Counted from the first letter of the stretch, positions 1-11,001 are shown. The stretch is 46,830 nucleotides of DNA from Corallochytrium limacisporum Hawaii (GCA_002811645.1 PDIP01000063.1:4328-51157); one strand, 5' to 3'. The notes: generated from the sequence alone by a model not told the origin. Made by a program: numbers and translations.

Positions 1-247
1 CGGGATTCGAATGAATGTGATTTGAATAGATTCGGCCTAATATTATGAGACAGAGGGTGGTACTCTATTAATGCGAGAATGAATTCCCAAAGTGGTGGTG
101 GTTACTCTCATTCTTGCACTGCCGGTGACAAATGGGGAGGTGAAGGTAAAGATTCCGGCAGAAGTCAACTGAACTCTGCCGTTTGACCGTTCAGATTCGG
201 AGAAGGGGCTGTAAATGGGGTGCCTGTTAAGGTTCTATTCGGTATGT

Positions 248-1786
248 TCAAGTCACTGGCATCGCCTTTATCGTCTTGTGCACCTTTGGATGAAACTCTG
301 CCAATTTCATGGCTTTTGACGACTCTGCGTTAATATATACAGTATCTTCTCTGGCGAGTTCTACATCACTAATGTGTGACACTTGAGACACCCACGTTTC
401 CGCGTATGCTTTGTATGCAGGCCACTGGTCCCACCCTTCATTGAGATATGTGACGTCTATCAAACCGACGACCTGGCTGTCAGGGGAGAACTTTCGTCCA
501 AATAGAGCTGGGGTTGTTGAAAGATAGTCACGGACGGTATCTCCATGGATGCCATCATCCAGGACATAGGGGTGGAGACCACCATCTAAGCCCTGGAAGC
601 GCCATATAATCAAGCGCAGAGCTCGCGAGGCTGAAATAAAAAGGGGACGTAACCAAGTAGTGCCCTTGTGGACCGCGGTTACGTGTGAGATTTCGCCTCT
701 GTCAGGTGTGCCCGCCCTTGCCCAGTGCTCTTTACGACTTTCTAGCTTCTGTGCGATGACCTCTTGAATCTCCGATTGCACTAGTCCCGGTATCGATGAC
801 CAAAAGTGTTCATCACTGTACAGGGTGTGCGCCAGTGCAACGAGCAATCGACGAACCTTAGGGCTATCTACAATCCAACGGGCTAGTCTTCGGCTGACGA
901 CTACCCATTCTTCCCCTTTGCGGATATTAAAATCTCTCGGTAGGGGCCACCGCAATTCCTGTGCGCATTCATGCTTGTAACCTGCCATGTCCACTTCTGG
1001 CCGACCAGATAGGCTGGGATCAGTCATTGGATGGCACCATCGCTTCTCAGTCTCCGCCGCTTCATCGCTTTGTTCAATAATGTTGGTGTCCCGCCGGTGC
1101 CACTTTCTAAACATGGACCGCATCATGTTTTGCGACATAAGCGGGTAATCGCTGCAGCTGAGATTGATCCAGTAATCCCAACCAGGGGGTTCGTAACCCT
1201 CTGATAGAATATCTTTAGATTCTCGATACGGTTTATAGGACAAATATCGTATGGATGTCGGTCCATCTAGACTAACCTGCATGGCTTCTAGCATGTTTAA
1301 AGTCATAGTGCTGGATCCATAACCAACGACTGAAGGTTGCACAATATGTATGTTGTTGTGGCCCTGCTCCAGGTATTTTTGCTTCAGCGCCTTTGCCATG
1401 TCCGAATCCCAAGACGGAGTTCCCTGTTGAAAGTGAATGTAGTACACGTTCTCTGGATCGAACACTGCTTCGATAAGTTTAGGCAGCATGCTAGAGCGCT
1501 GGGAAGTGCACTGCACAAAGTAGGCAAACCGTGGTAATTCTTCTGGATTGGCCAGCAAACGATGATGAAAATTGCTGTTGTCCGGAAATAACCAAGGACC
1601 CAGCGACAGTTGTTTGCCCCAACCGCCGCCGTTGATCAGCGCGAAGAAAATAATCGCTATGCTGGCCAACGATAGTAACGTCGGCACATAGCGACATGAA
1701 GCATGATCTCGGACTAGTCGCCGCCGGCTGTCCATAGTGTCACGCAGTGATAAGTCTGCTTGCCTGTGCAGTGCCTCTTGGTTCAT
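248..1786 (-). CDS. GT14 (core-2/I-branching, xylosyl/glucuronosyltransferase-like) type II membrane glycosyltransferase
   Basis: 512-aa ORF with an N-terminal TM segment. GT14 motifs: AYFVQ, AVFDPENVYYIH, WDYWINLSCSDYPL, KGEEWVVVSR, SDEHFW, ALFGRKF. Confidence 0.85.
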   Translation of the reverse strand: MNQEALHRQADLSLRDTMDSRRRLVRDHASCRYVPTLLSLASIAIIFFALINGGGWGKQLSLGPWLFPDNSNFHHRLLANPEELPRFAYFVQCTSQRSSMLPKLIEAVFDPENVYYIHFQQGTPSWDSDMAKALKQKYLEQGHNNIHIVQPSVVGYGSSTMTLNMLEAMQVSLDGPTSIRYLSYKPYRESKDILSEGYEPPGWDYWINLSCSDYPLMSQNMMRSMFRKWHRRDTNIIEQSDEAAETEKRWCHPMTDPSLSGRPEVDMAGYKHECAQELRWPLPRDFNIRKGEEWVVVSRRLARWIVDSPKVRRLLVALAHTLYSDEHFWSSIPGLVQSEIQEVIAQKLESRKEHWARAGTPDRGEISHVTAVHKGTTWLRPLFISASRALRLIIWRFQGLDGGLHPYVLDDGIHGDTVRDYLSTTPALFGRKFSPDSQVVGLIDVTYLNEGWDQWPAYKAYAETWVSQVSHISDVELAREDTVYINAESSKAMKLAEFHPKVHKTIKAMPVT

Positions 1787-2365
1787 GCGTTCGCTCCTTA
1801 AGTGATTTTCAATTCACAACATTAATCCACCCTTCCCGTTTGTAGCATTCTTAGCCACGATTTTCCTTTTGACCCCCAAACATTTACGTCAACGGAGTGG
1901 ATCCTGTCTAGTTGCGGACTCAGCGCGGTGGTGCCTGTGAACGGCACACCACAAAGCGCTCGAAGCAACTAAGCCATCCAATTCTTGTTTGTACGCACTC
2001 GCACCCCAGGACCCGGTCAGTGGGGAGGGGAGGCTAATGCGGTGGTGTGCTGAGACAAGGTTCGTCTCCCGGGGGTGGGGGGCTTACAGGACCATGTTGC
2101 TTTCGTAGAATGCAGACATTGGCTGCTTCTAGAGTCGCAGAAGTCTGGATATGTACGATTGGTTCAGTGTCTTCTCACAATCGGACCCCCGATCTCAACG
2201 TCAGATTGGAGCAAATAGCAAAGAAAACAAGCCAGGGCCGGTTTTGCCTCCACAACGGCGTTAAACGGCGTTAAACACACAAGGCAAAGATCTTGGTGTT
2301 AAAAATACATAGTCTAGAACTTTAGACTTTCCAGTTTATGCGTTATCCTAGAAATAAACTCATGC

Positions 2366-3388
2366 TTAGGCATTGACGCCGGCAGCCTGAAGACGGTCTG
2401 CCTCTTCCTGAACCCTACGACTCTTTGTCCGCTGGTCACGCATGTGCCATTTGATGTGCCATGGGCGCCATGGCTTGGACACTTCGATTTTAACACCCAT
2501 CCACATCGACAGGGTCTCATTCTTCTCCTCGTCGTGGCCAACAGTAAGCTTGACCTCGTACTCTCCTTTCTCAGTTATGCCGGTCTGGCTAAGATTCATG
2601 ATAGTTTTGGACGATTCTGCCGCGGCGTCCACGCTCCGTGAAGCAGCTTTGACTTTCTGGCCACGGCCGGCGGCCACGGTTGTGCCACCCATCCGCGCCT
2701 CAGTTGCTTTAGTAGCCAAATCCTTGACTCTCACCTGGTCAAAATGCACAAAGTGATCCGGTACGTACATTCGGAATTGAGCCTGCAATTCACGCACAAA
2801 GTCAGCTGCGGTGAAACTGAACATACTCTCTTTCAGGGCGGCAGGTGGCACAACCATATGCAATGGCCTTCTCTCCAGCATCCTCATAGTCTGCTCCAAA
2901 TAAGCAGTGGAACTGTAGTTTGCGACCACTCCGGCCGTCTCATCCATAGCGTAACGGTCAATGTTGTCCGGTGTGGCGTACAAAGCCCGTCCCTGGGGAT
3001 AGAGTACGTGGCGCATGAAACCAGGCTTCACCCACACCAATTGTCCAGCAACCTTATTCTTCTTGGGCAGATCTGCGAGGAGAACCACCTGCACACCGTG
3101 ATTCTTCTTCTTCAATTTCAGATGAGCTCGCTGAAATTTCTTTAGGCTGGCGCCCTTAAACCGCATCTGCTGTGTGCCTCCAAGGCCAACCTGGTTGACC
3201 AAAGTGAGTAGACCAATATTGCCATTACTAAAGCCAGGTTTTCCTTCTGTATTCGTTCGTCCAAATACTCCGCTTTGTTGACTCACGCCAGCGCTGCAAT
3301 TCCTTAACGTGGTCAATGAGCGGAATGTTTTTGCGCTCGAGCTGTGCTTGGCCCCCAAGACTCCTCTTGTAAACAGACCCAATGTCAT
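2366..3388 (-). CDS. MRPL9: Mitochondrial ribosomal protein bL9m
   Basis: Basic Ser/Arg-rich presequence, then the Ribosomal_L9_N motif VQVVLLADLP...GQLVWVKPGFMRHVLYPQGRALYATPDN. Confidence 0.8.
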   Translation of the reverse strand: MTLGLFTRGVLGAKHSSSAKTFRSLTTLRNCSAGVSQQSGVFGRTNTEGKPGFSNGNIGLLTLVNQVGLGGTQQMRFKGASLKKFQRAHLKLKKKNHGVQVVLLADLPKKNKVAGQLVWVKPGFMRHVLYPQGRALYATPDNIDRYAMDETAGVVANYSSTAYLEQTMRMLERRPLHMVVPPAALKESMFSFTAADFVRELQAQFRMYVPDHFVHFDQVRVKDLATKATEARMGGTTVAAGRGQKVKAASRSVDAAAESSKTIMNLSQTGITEKGEYEVKLTVGHDEEKNETLSMWMGVKIEVSKPWRPWHIKWHMRDQRTKSRRVQEEADRLQAAGVNA

Positions 3389-4217
3389 AATTTTACGATG
3401 GTAGCAAATAGGGTTAGTCTACATAATCTGTTAACAAACACATATTACAGTGTGATCCTCTTCGCAACTACGCGCTTGTCTTTTTGACTTGGTTGCAATA
3501 TGTATAAACTGTGATGCACTGTGTACAACCTTTAATACCAGCTCCAAGTAGAACAAGATCATTGGAAATGAACACAAACCCCTCTCTGCTAGATCTGTGG
3601 CTTGAGATAATCCAATATTGCTCACAGCAACAACGAATAAGTGAGACCAATTTACCACCAGTCCACGGTATCCCTTCTCCCAACGCGCTGTGGGGAACGG
3701 CGACCGGAGCACCCTGCAGGGGACCCACATGCACCACCAGTGGTAGTGGGCTCTCAGAACGGGAGTCCCTTTTTTGCTGGCACAACCCCTACCCATAGCC
3801 CAGTCCGGAATTCGAGACCAAGGCAAGGTCCGAACGGTTGGGTCCCCGGGCAGTGGGCTCTATGAGTGCAGGCGGGGGCAAAAAAATAAGGCAGCGTCGC
3901 CGTTAGAGGAAAGTGGCTGTTGTAGCGTCTCTCTTTCTACTTTCGTTTAGCATTTGGTTGTCTTCTTCAATCAAAGATCTTGGATTGGCAGACACATCCC
4001 ATGTTCGTATTTCAATATGCGTGCTCTGTCCTTTCTACAAGGAAAATCTGATCAGAAACTTCGCCAGATGCTAAGAGTCTGAACATGGTTATCACGGTCG
4101 GCCAAAGGAATGGATAGCATGCAGTAGAGAAAGCAGACCATAGAGCATGTGAAGTGCAGGAAACTACATCAAACTTAGGTCATAGTCGCCCACAGGGCCA
4201 ATAAAGAAGAAGGAGTC

Positions 4218-5306
4218 ATGGGAGAAGAAGTGGCAACTCCCCTCGTGCAGTCTGTGTCTCTTGACAGCGCAGAACTTCACGACCACATAGACCTGGGTCC
4301 CAGACAACAGACACTGCGCGTTGGTTTACTGCAGTTCTGTCCTTTCAAAGGTGAACCAGAGCGTAGTAGAGAAAAGGCTTCAAAGCATTTGAGTGGGCTT
4401 GTGAAGCACGTTATAGATCTATTGGTTTTGCCGGAAATGTCCTTTGTTGGGTACTGCTTTAGGGACCGGGAGCATGTCTTACCGTTTGCAGAGGTGGCGG
4501 AATCCAAGAGCCCAACGATCACTTGGGCAATCAGTACGGCAAAATCCCTAAAGTGTACAGTACTGGCCGGCTTCCCGCGCAGAGATCCTGCGACGGATAA
4601 TCTCTACAATAGCGCTGTCCTGGCCAGACCTACAGGTCAATTTGAGACCTATGACAAGCACTTTTTGTACGACACAGATGAGACTTGGGCCACACCGGGA
4701 GCAGGCTTTCGGACGTTGAGTGTTGAACTTTACGGAGAGACGGACTTCGAAGAAATCGAAAAAGACGGTGGTGAAACGACCGCGTCTCAACAGAACGGCA
4801 TAAGAGTCAGAGACATTTGTACCATCGGACTGGGCATTTGTATGGACATTAACCCAGAAAAGTTCAAAACTCCCTTTAGTACTTTTGAGTTTGCAAATTT
4901 TCACAAAGACAGTGGCGCCGAAGTGATTGTAGTAATGTGTGCTTGGGTGGACCATGTTGCCAAGAACCAATCTCTCGAGAGTGATACGTGCCCAGTGATG
5001 CAGGAGGCTGGAGCTCGGGAACTCAGGCGATCGCCAAAAACTCGCCGCGGCAGGACCGCAGAGCAGGAGCATAAAGTCCTACACGACACTCACTCGTATT
5101 GGACGCTGCGCATGAAACCCTTGATGCAGAAGGAGATGGCCATGGTCGTGTGCAACCGGAACGGAGTCGACAGACCGCCGAAGACCTTCTTTGTGGGAGG
5201 CAGTGCAGCTGTGCAGTTTGGCAAAGATTTGTACCTTATCAATGCCCTTGGATGCGGTGATGAGGGTGTGATGCTGGCCCACTGTCACTATGAGAAGGCC
5301 AAGTGA
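4218..5306 (+). CDS. NTA1: Protein N-terminal Asn/Gln amidase (nitrilase superfamily, fungal Nta1 type)
   Basis: Glu-Lys-Cys triad in Nta1-like contexts: LVLPEMSFVGY, YDKHFLYDTDETWA, GICMDINP; also CNRNG. Confidence 0.85.
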   Translation: MGEEVATPLVQSVSLDSAELHDHIDLGPRQQTLRVGLLQFCPFKGEPERSREKASKHLSGLVKHVIDLLVLPEMSFVGYCFRDREHVLPFAEVAESKSPTITWAISTAKSLKCTVLAGFPRRDPATDNLYNSAVLARPTGQFETYDKHFLYDTDETWATPGAGFRTLSVELYGETDFEEIEKDGGETTASQQNGIRVRDICTIGLGICMDINPEKFKTPFSTFEFANFHKDSGAEVIVVMCAWVDHVAKNQSLESDTCPVMQEAGARELRRSPKTRRGRTAEQEHKVLHDTHSYWTLRMKPLMQKEMAMVVCNRNGVDRPPKTFFVGGSAAVQFGKDLYLINALGCGDEGVMLAHCHYEKAK

Positions 5307-5387
5307 AGAAGCCCAGACAAGAGTAATTGATGGTTTTGCCCCTATGGACACTCAATACAAGTCGTCGTCTATAGCAAAGGGTTGTAA

Positions 5388-6578
5388 TTAAACCATGACC
5401 ATCACTGCCGCAGTAAGGATGACAATGAACACTAAAACGAGGATGAAATAAAGGGTGACTGATGATCCCTGAATCTCCGTAAGCAGTGAGTAACGGATGT
5501 TCTTATCAATTGTGGCACTAAGAATACCCTGGTTGGGTAGATCGAAGCTCATGCCAGTGATAAAGATATCGTGCACTCCACTAATCTTACCAAGGTAGGC
5601 GAAGTTTGTTACATCGATAAAGCCAATATCACCAGTCGCATAAGCCACCGCTGCCAGTTTGTAGTCACTGCTCACGCCATATACCGTAATGGGCTCTTGC
5701 TCAAGCTTCAGCGTCGCAACCCGTTTGTTGGTCGCCCTACTCCACAAGCACGCGTAGGACGGTAGCTTCTGTTTGGTGGAATGAATGGTCATCACGCCCA
5801 ATCGCTTGCGCAGCTCCTTTGGGTCGTTGGCTCGCACATTCCCACCAATCACGTAGGCAGCACCCTTGATTTCATAACTCTTTGCCTTCGTCCAACTCGG
5901 ATCGCTGAGGAACATGCCCACCTCATTTAGGACATCCGTATCCGAGCCAGTTTCTGTGCCGTATTCCCAGACCTTGGCACTACCATCTGTGCATCCAGTG
6001 AGCAGTTCATGACCGCGGCCGGACAGCGGTGGTACAGGACAGACCGCACAGTCATTGATCTCCTTAGTGTGGCCGGCGCCGACTGCCAACTGCGCAAGGG
6101 ACTCTGTTTGCAAAAGAATAACATCACCGTTGGACACACCTGCCAGAATAACGTTGCCATCCTTGCTCAGAGCTACCTTCATAATGTAGTCGTCCTCATC
6201 ATCGCCAGACACGACCATCTTCCGCATCATTTCTTGCAGATGACACTCATTGTTCTCCAAGAACCCTGCAAACACACCGACAAATTTGTCCATACCACAA
6301 ACCAATGTTAATTTGTTAGAATTCAGGTCATAATTACATGAAATGCAGCCAATAGCTTCACTGCCAACATTGACCGAGGTCAATGAATTGGCGCCGGTGA
6401 TGCCAGCACCCTTAGCGCGGTTCATTTCCAGGCGCAGAACTTCAAATTGGTTAGGGATACCTGATTTCGCCGCACCACCGCCACCGGCCACCACCAAGTA
6501 CTGGCCAGCCAGTAGGTCTGTGGCATAAATTGGGCACTTGCCCGTGTGGATTTGTCGAATGGGTGCCAATTGGGCCAT
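5388..6578 (-). CDS. SEC12: Sar1 guanine nucleotide exchange factor Sec12/PREB
   Basis: K-loop VAGGGGAAKSGIPN, WD40 repeats and a C-terminal TM anchor. First ATG is at 6578 (the ORF track starts at a TTG, 6596). Confidence 0.88.
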   Translation of the reverse strand: MAQLAPIRQIHTGKCPIYATDLLAGQYLVVAGGGGAAKSGIPNQFEVLRLEMNRAKGAGITGANSLTSVNVGSEAIGCISCNYDLNSNKLTLVCGMDKFVGVFAGFLENNECHLQEMMRKMVVSGDDEDDYIMKVALSKDGNVILAGVSNGDVILLQTESLAQLAVGAGHTKEINDCAVCPVPPLSGRGHELLTGCTDGSAKVWEYGTETGSDTDVLNEVGMFLSDPSWTKAKSYEIKGAAYVIGGNVRANDPKELRKRLGVMTIHSTKQKLPSYACLWSRATNKRVATLKLEQEPITVYGVSSDYKLAAVAYATGDIGFIDVTNFAYLGKISGVHDIFITGMSFDLPNQGILSATIDKNIRYSLLTEIQGSSVTLYFILVLVFIVILTAAVMVMV

Positions 6579-7076
6579 TCTATTTTTAGTATCCAAAAGA
6601 AATCCTCGCTAACCTATGTGATTCTACTCCACTGTACTCGTTGTGTTCGGGCTCATTGCATGCGTCACGCATAAATGGTTTGCATTGTGATCTCGGTCTA
6701 CTTCCGAATAGAACTGTAATTCTTCGTCTGAAAATCGTTTCCATTAGAATACTATATAATTGGAAGCAGTAAGCCACCAAATACCACAACATTGACAAAA
6801 ACTAAATTACCTGGAAATAATGCTCCACTGAACACCAATGCCAAGGTGCGGTCAGAGCCCTGGCGGTTGCTGGTGGCTGTGCGGCTAGTAACCTCTCGGC
6901 TAAACCGGGACCCAGGAGAAGAAAGGGGAGGGGGGGGGGGGGCGAAATCTGAAGCAGTGGCCAGAAGTCACAGATCAGGGGAGGTCGTAAGTATTCCCGG
7001 AAATCCTGTTTACGGTCAAAAATGGGCGTATGAGTTTATATCGACAAAGGTGTTTACAAGGAACATTTTGGAGAGC

Positions 7077-8270
7077 TTAGACTGTAGCCACTATCTGAAC
7101 GCCGGTAGTGGCAAGACCCCCATATGGACCCGAGGATGACGTTTGGCACCACAGGTAGTATGTGCCAGCCTGCTTGACCTCCACTGGGACTGTGACCCGA
7201 CGAGTATACGTGGTGAAGCAACCATCACAATCTGTACATCCAGACCATACCGGGTTGGTAATGTCAGCTTCAACTACTGCGGTACCCACAGCAGCGTCAG
7301 AGATGTTGTCAGTCGTGGTAGCAAAGCAATTCACGTCGACATCGTCATCGGGTACTCCACTGATCTCCAGAACGTAGTTGTACGTGGTGCCTGCGGAGAG
7401 ATTGACGGGCTGTGTGGCCAGCGGAGTGTCTATGTAGTTGAAACTGGTTTCTGACTCTCCTTGGAAGGCCAAGGTGGTGGTGAGGTAGAAATTTGACGAC
7501 GTCGTGTGGCGTTCCGCGTGAAACATGTCGAACTGATACGTTTCGCCCACCACTAGATTGTCCTTGAACCATTGGTCAAGTGAAACGGAAGAGCATCCAA
7601 AGGGAAGGTTGGGGCTAGGAGAGTCTGGCCCAAGCTTTACCGTGCGGCATTTTGCAGAGTGCAAACCACCAATATCAATAAGAAGATGCTTGTTCACGAA
7701 TACCCAGACGTCATCATCACCTCTGAATGAGAAGGTTTCATCTCCCTGGAAGGTGAAAGAAGTACTGATCTGTGAAGTGAAGCAGTAGTTGTGATTAAAT
7801 CGAGTGTTGTGATCATCGAATCCGCGTCCGTCCATGGGGAAGAATCCACCACGACTACCTAATGGTGCGGAATTAAAAGTGTATTGCCCGGTGGCACGGT
7901 CCAGAGTGAGTTCAATGGTATCCTCGATGCGTTTGTTGCCCAATGTGCCGTAGACATTGTGATCCACATCATGGTACCACGACCACCAGCTCTCGGCAGT
8001 GTGTACATTTCTTTTCCTGTCTGGAATCGTCACAATTGTGGGCGTGCCATCGGCCCCGAGAGTATCTTCCACCATGCCAGTCAGGAGGCCCCCTGAACTA
8101 TCACAGTCCAGATGACGGATATTGTTATCTTTGTTTCTACTGTAGTCATATCCTGACATGAGATCTCTGTAGATCACCTTTAGCTTGACCGTTTCAGGTT
8201 GATCACAGCTTTGGCCGACGACCGTGCCGGCAAGCAGCAGCCAGAAAAGGCCTGCGGAGTTTGGAAACAT
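7077..8270 (-). CDS. Secreted fibro-slime/PA14-domain protein (PsiA-like)
   Basis: Signal peptide; motifs FFPMDGRGF, HNYCFT, FSFRGDDDVWVFVN..L.IDIGGLH and FDMFHAERHTTSSNF. Confidence 0.85.
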   Translation of the reverse strand: MFPNSAGLFWLLLAGTVVGQSCDQPETVKLKVIYRDLMSGYDYSRNKDNNIRHLDCDSSGGLLTGMVEDTLGADGTPTIVTIPDRKRNVHTAESWWSWYHDVDHNVYGTLGNKRIEDTIELTLDRATGQYTFNSAPLGSRGGFFPMDGRGFDDHNTRFNHNYCFTSQISTSFTFQGDETFSFRGDDDVWVFVNKHLLIDIGGLHSAKCRTVKLGPDSPSPNLPFGCSSVSLDQWFKDNLVVGETYQFDMFHAERHTTSSNFYLTTTLAFQGESETSFNYIDTPLATQPVNLSAGTTYNYVLEISGVPDDDVDVNCFATTTDNISDAAVGTAVVEADITNPVWSGCTDCDGCFTTYTRRVTVPVEVKQAGTYYLWCQTSSSGPYGGLATTGVQIVATV

Positions 8271-9639
8271 CTTACTATGATGAATGCCCTTCTCAATTGT
8301 TCAAGTCAATAGCATTCTTTGGGTCTTCAATGTTCTTACACCATGCACACATCCCTTGTCAGTCACTGGCTGTGATTGCCCCATCGGTATTTGTCACTGA
8401 TCCCTTTCCCCCTTTCCAAGTACCTGAATGAAATGTTTACTTGCACATACATACGTACAAAATATTGACACTGCTTACCATCCAATAACTCATGTTCAGT
8501 TCCGCTACAAGTTCAGTATTTTCACAAAATTTCCGACTTTGTAGAACCCTGCTGCGCCACAGATCCCCCTTATTCCCCGGTTCCTCGCTTCGTTCCGTGT
8601 ACCGCCGGGCCCTTGCTCCCTGTGTGGTGGGTACCACGGTGGTACCAAACCTTGGCTTCTTCTCGACCCGTACCCTCCTACCCACCCCGCGCTGATTTGG
8701 TCCCTTTCCCCCCCCCCGCGGGGGGGGGCCACCCTCCCCTTCCCGAAACCAACCGCCAGGCAGTCAGCCCCTTCTGCTCGCACTCCCGCGGGGCCGCTTC
8801 ACTCACAAGACCCAAGCACCGAAGCAGTTCGCCAGCCAGCGCTGGGTGCGGGAAGGGTGGGACTCCATCGCAACCGCGCATCGGGCGAGACCTGGGTCAA
8901 AAAATGAGGCCTGACCACCTGTGGCATTCCCGCCGTTTTCTCTAATACTTTCAGTACTGAATTTTCTGATCTTCAAAACGGCTTTTCAGCCATAAGTTCC
9001 TAACGACGCCAATTATCTGATCTGAAAGAAATTTTTGTTGATGACCTCACAAGAAAAAAATCGAGGTTCTGGCTACCGGACGGATTTGCGAAAAAATGGG
9101 CGTCCGGTACTGAAGGTACGGAGGCAACCGAGGAGAAGCAACCACGCACGCTTGATCGGGGGTGCGGGGCACAAACAGCAGACAGAGCATTTTCTCTTAG
9201 TCACTGAGCTAATGAGAAATGATACAATACTTCTCCCCCCCTCCCCAACCCCCAAACCCCGCCTAATTTCACTTCCTCACTCTAACCTTGATGCACCCGT
9301 TGCCGTGGGTCGGGTGGTTTTTCTCCCAAGCCCAGCAAAAGAACAGAAATTAAGGAGTTGAGGAATGCGGGGTGGAATTCTGGACGGTGTGGGTGGTGAG
9401 CGTTCTTTGACGTGTTCGTCACCGCCACCAAATAACACGCAGAGTGAACTGGCGTCAACCGGCTAAACATTGTTGTAAGAGATATGTAGATATGTCTCGC
9501 GTTTCGCTACTTTGTGCTTTCGAATCATCTTCCGATGGGTGGACCAGATTGTCAGTATTCCTCAAGATTCCCGTCCTCAATACGCAGTCCGCGCGATATC
9601 TATTTATACTGACACCGTGTAAACTGGTTTATTTTCTTG

Positions 9640-11001
9640 CTAGTTCATGGTTTTGCCGTCATGGGCACATTGATTGCGAAAGAGTTCACTTTTAAGCTTG
9701 AAGATCTCAGCATCCTTCGAGACAATTTCGCGCCGAGACGAGAGAGTGCGACTGCGCTCCATCTCCAAACCGAGAGCAATAGCAGCCATGTCCTCGCGAT
9801 ACTGCGTCAAGCGGGTGCTGAGATGGCTGGTAATCTGATATTTGTCATCTTCAAGGACACTGGCTTCCAAGGAGTGAAGTTGTCGGCGCAATTCCTTGAT
9901 CTCTGTGTCCTGTTGCGCGGCCTCTTCACGCAATTCGTCGATGAGTCGCGCCGCGGTACCATGGCTAGAACTCTGCGAGGCTGCCAGGAGGGCGTTCATT
10001 TGGGCGCTCATTGAGCGCGCCTTTTTCAATGCATCCCGCAGCTTCTCATTCATGGTCAGTAGTTCCCGGTTGCTGTTGCTCAACGTCTTGCGTTCCTTAT
10101 CCAGGGATGCAAACAGAGAACCATCATCGTTGTTGTCATCGCCATCGCCCTGTGGCGCATTTCCTTCATTGCCGACTGCATCCAACTGTACGAGACTGCC
10201 TTGCATCTGACTAATGGTGTCTGCCATGGCCTGAGTCTCGGCCTCGTACTCAGACACCGTCTTCTGCAAGTCATCACGCTCCCGTTCTGTCTGCGTCAGT
10301 GACTGCTGTAAGGCTTCAATTTGAAGGGAGGTATCCTCAGTTTGTAGATTGCGACTCTTGAAATCCTGTTCCATCTTCATGACTCTATCATCCTTTTCTT
10401 CAAGCTCTTTGGAGAGCTCATTGACGCGAACTTGCAGTGCACTGATTTCACCCCCAGTGACCTTCTTGTCCTCAACTGTCTTGTGAAGTTCCGAAACTTT
10501 AGCCTCCAGGGACATCTTCTCAGCCTCCAACGTTGACCTCGCCTGTGTCAACTCCTTCACCATACCCTGGGCGTCTTGTAGGCTTTGTTTCAGCTCCATG
10601 TTTTGGGTCTCCAGCAATTCAACCTTTCCTTCCATCTGGGCCACCCACACCTCCTGGGCACGGGCAGTGGCTTCGCCCTGAGGAGTCACCTCGTCGGTTT
10701 CTTCATCTTCTTCGCTGTCACTGTCATCGAGCACCATTCTTCCTGCACTGGGTAGTTTTGTACCGTCACGCAGACGAGCTTCCATTTCATTGTACCTCTG
10801 CTTAAGGGCATCAAATTCAGTACTAAGCGATTTGTTCTCCGACTTGAGCTGTCGGTTCTCATCCAGCAGCTGTTGTCCTAGCAAACCGGCCTGGTTCAGC
10901 TTATCCTCCATCTCCGATAATTCTTTCCTCAGATCCATTGTTGTGTCCTCAGGCTGCTTGTTTGCCGCCTGGGACTCACCCAGTGGTGTACGAACTTCCA
11001 T
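9640..11001 (-). CDS. Coiled-coil protein, Spindly/BICD-family dynein-dynactin adaptor-like
   Basis: Long heptad coiled coil, N-terminal CC1-box-like QAGLLGQQLL and Spindly-motif-like GSLFASLDKER. Confidence 0.65.
   Translation of the reverse strand: MEVRTPLGESQAANKQPEDTTMDLRKELSEMEDKLNQAGLLGQQLLDENRQLKSENKSLSTEFDALKQRYNEMEARLRDGTKLPSAGRMVLDDSDSEEDEETDEVTPQGEATARAQEVWVAQMEGKVELLETQNMELKQSLQDAQGMVKELTQARSTLEAEKMSLEAKVSELHKTVEDKKVTGGEISALQVRVNELSKELEEKDDRVMKMEQDFKSRNLQTEDTSLQIEALQQSLTQTERERDDLQKTVSEYEAETQAMADTISQMQGSLVQLDAVGNEGNAPQGDGDDNNDDGSLFASLDKERKTLSNSNRELLTMNEKLRDALKKARSMSAQMNALLAASQSSSHGTAARLIDELREEAAQQDTEIKELRRQLHSLEASVLEDDKYQITSHLSTRLTQYREDMAAIALGLEMERSRTLSSRREIVSKDAEIFKLKSELFRNQCAHDGKTMN

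Noticed and set aside
3409-3417. CTAACCCTA on the minus strand (telomerase-template-like for TTAGGG)
   Set aside because: It lies about 20 nt upstream of the MRPL9 ATG inside the mRNA leader, with no surrounding telomerase RNA structure.
8277-8400. ATGATGA ... CTGA box C/D snoRNA-like pair
   Set aside because: No convincing terminal stem or rRNA-complementary guide; antisense to the PA14 gene leader.
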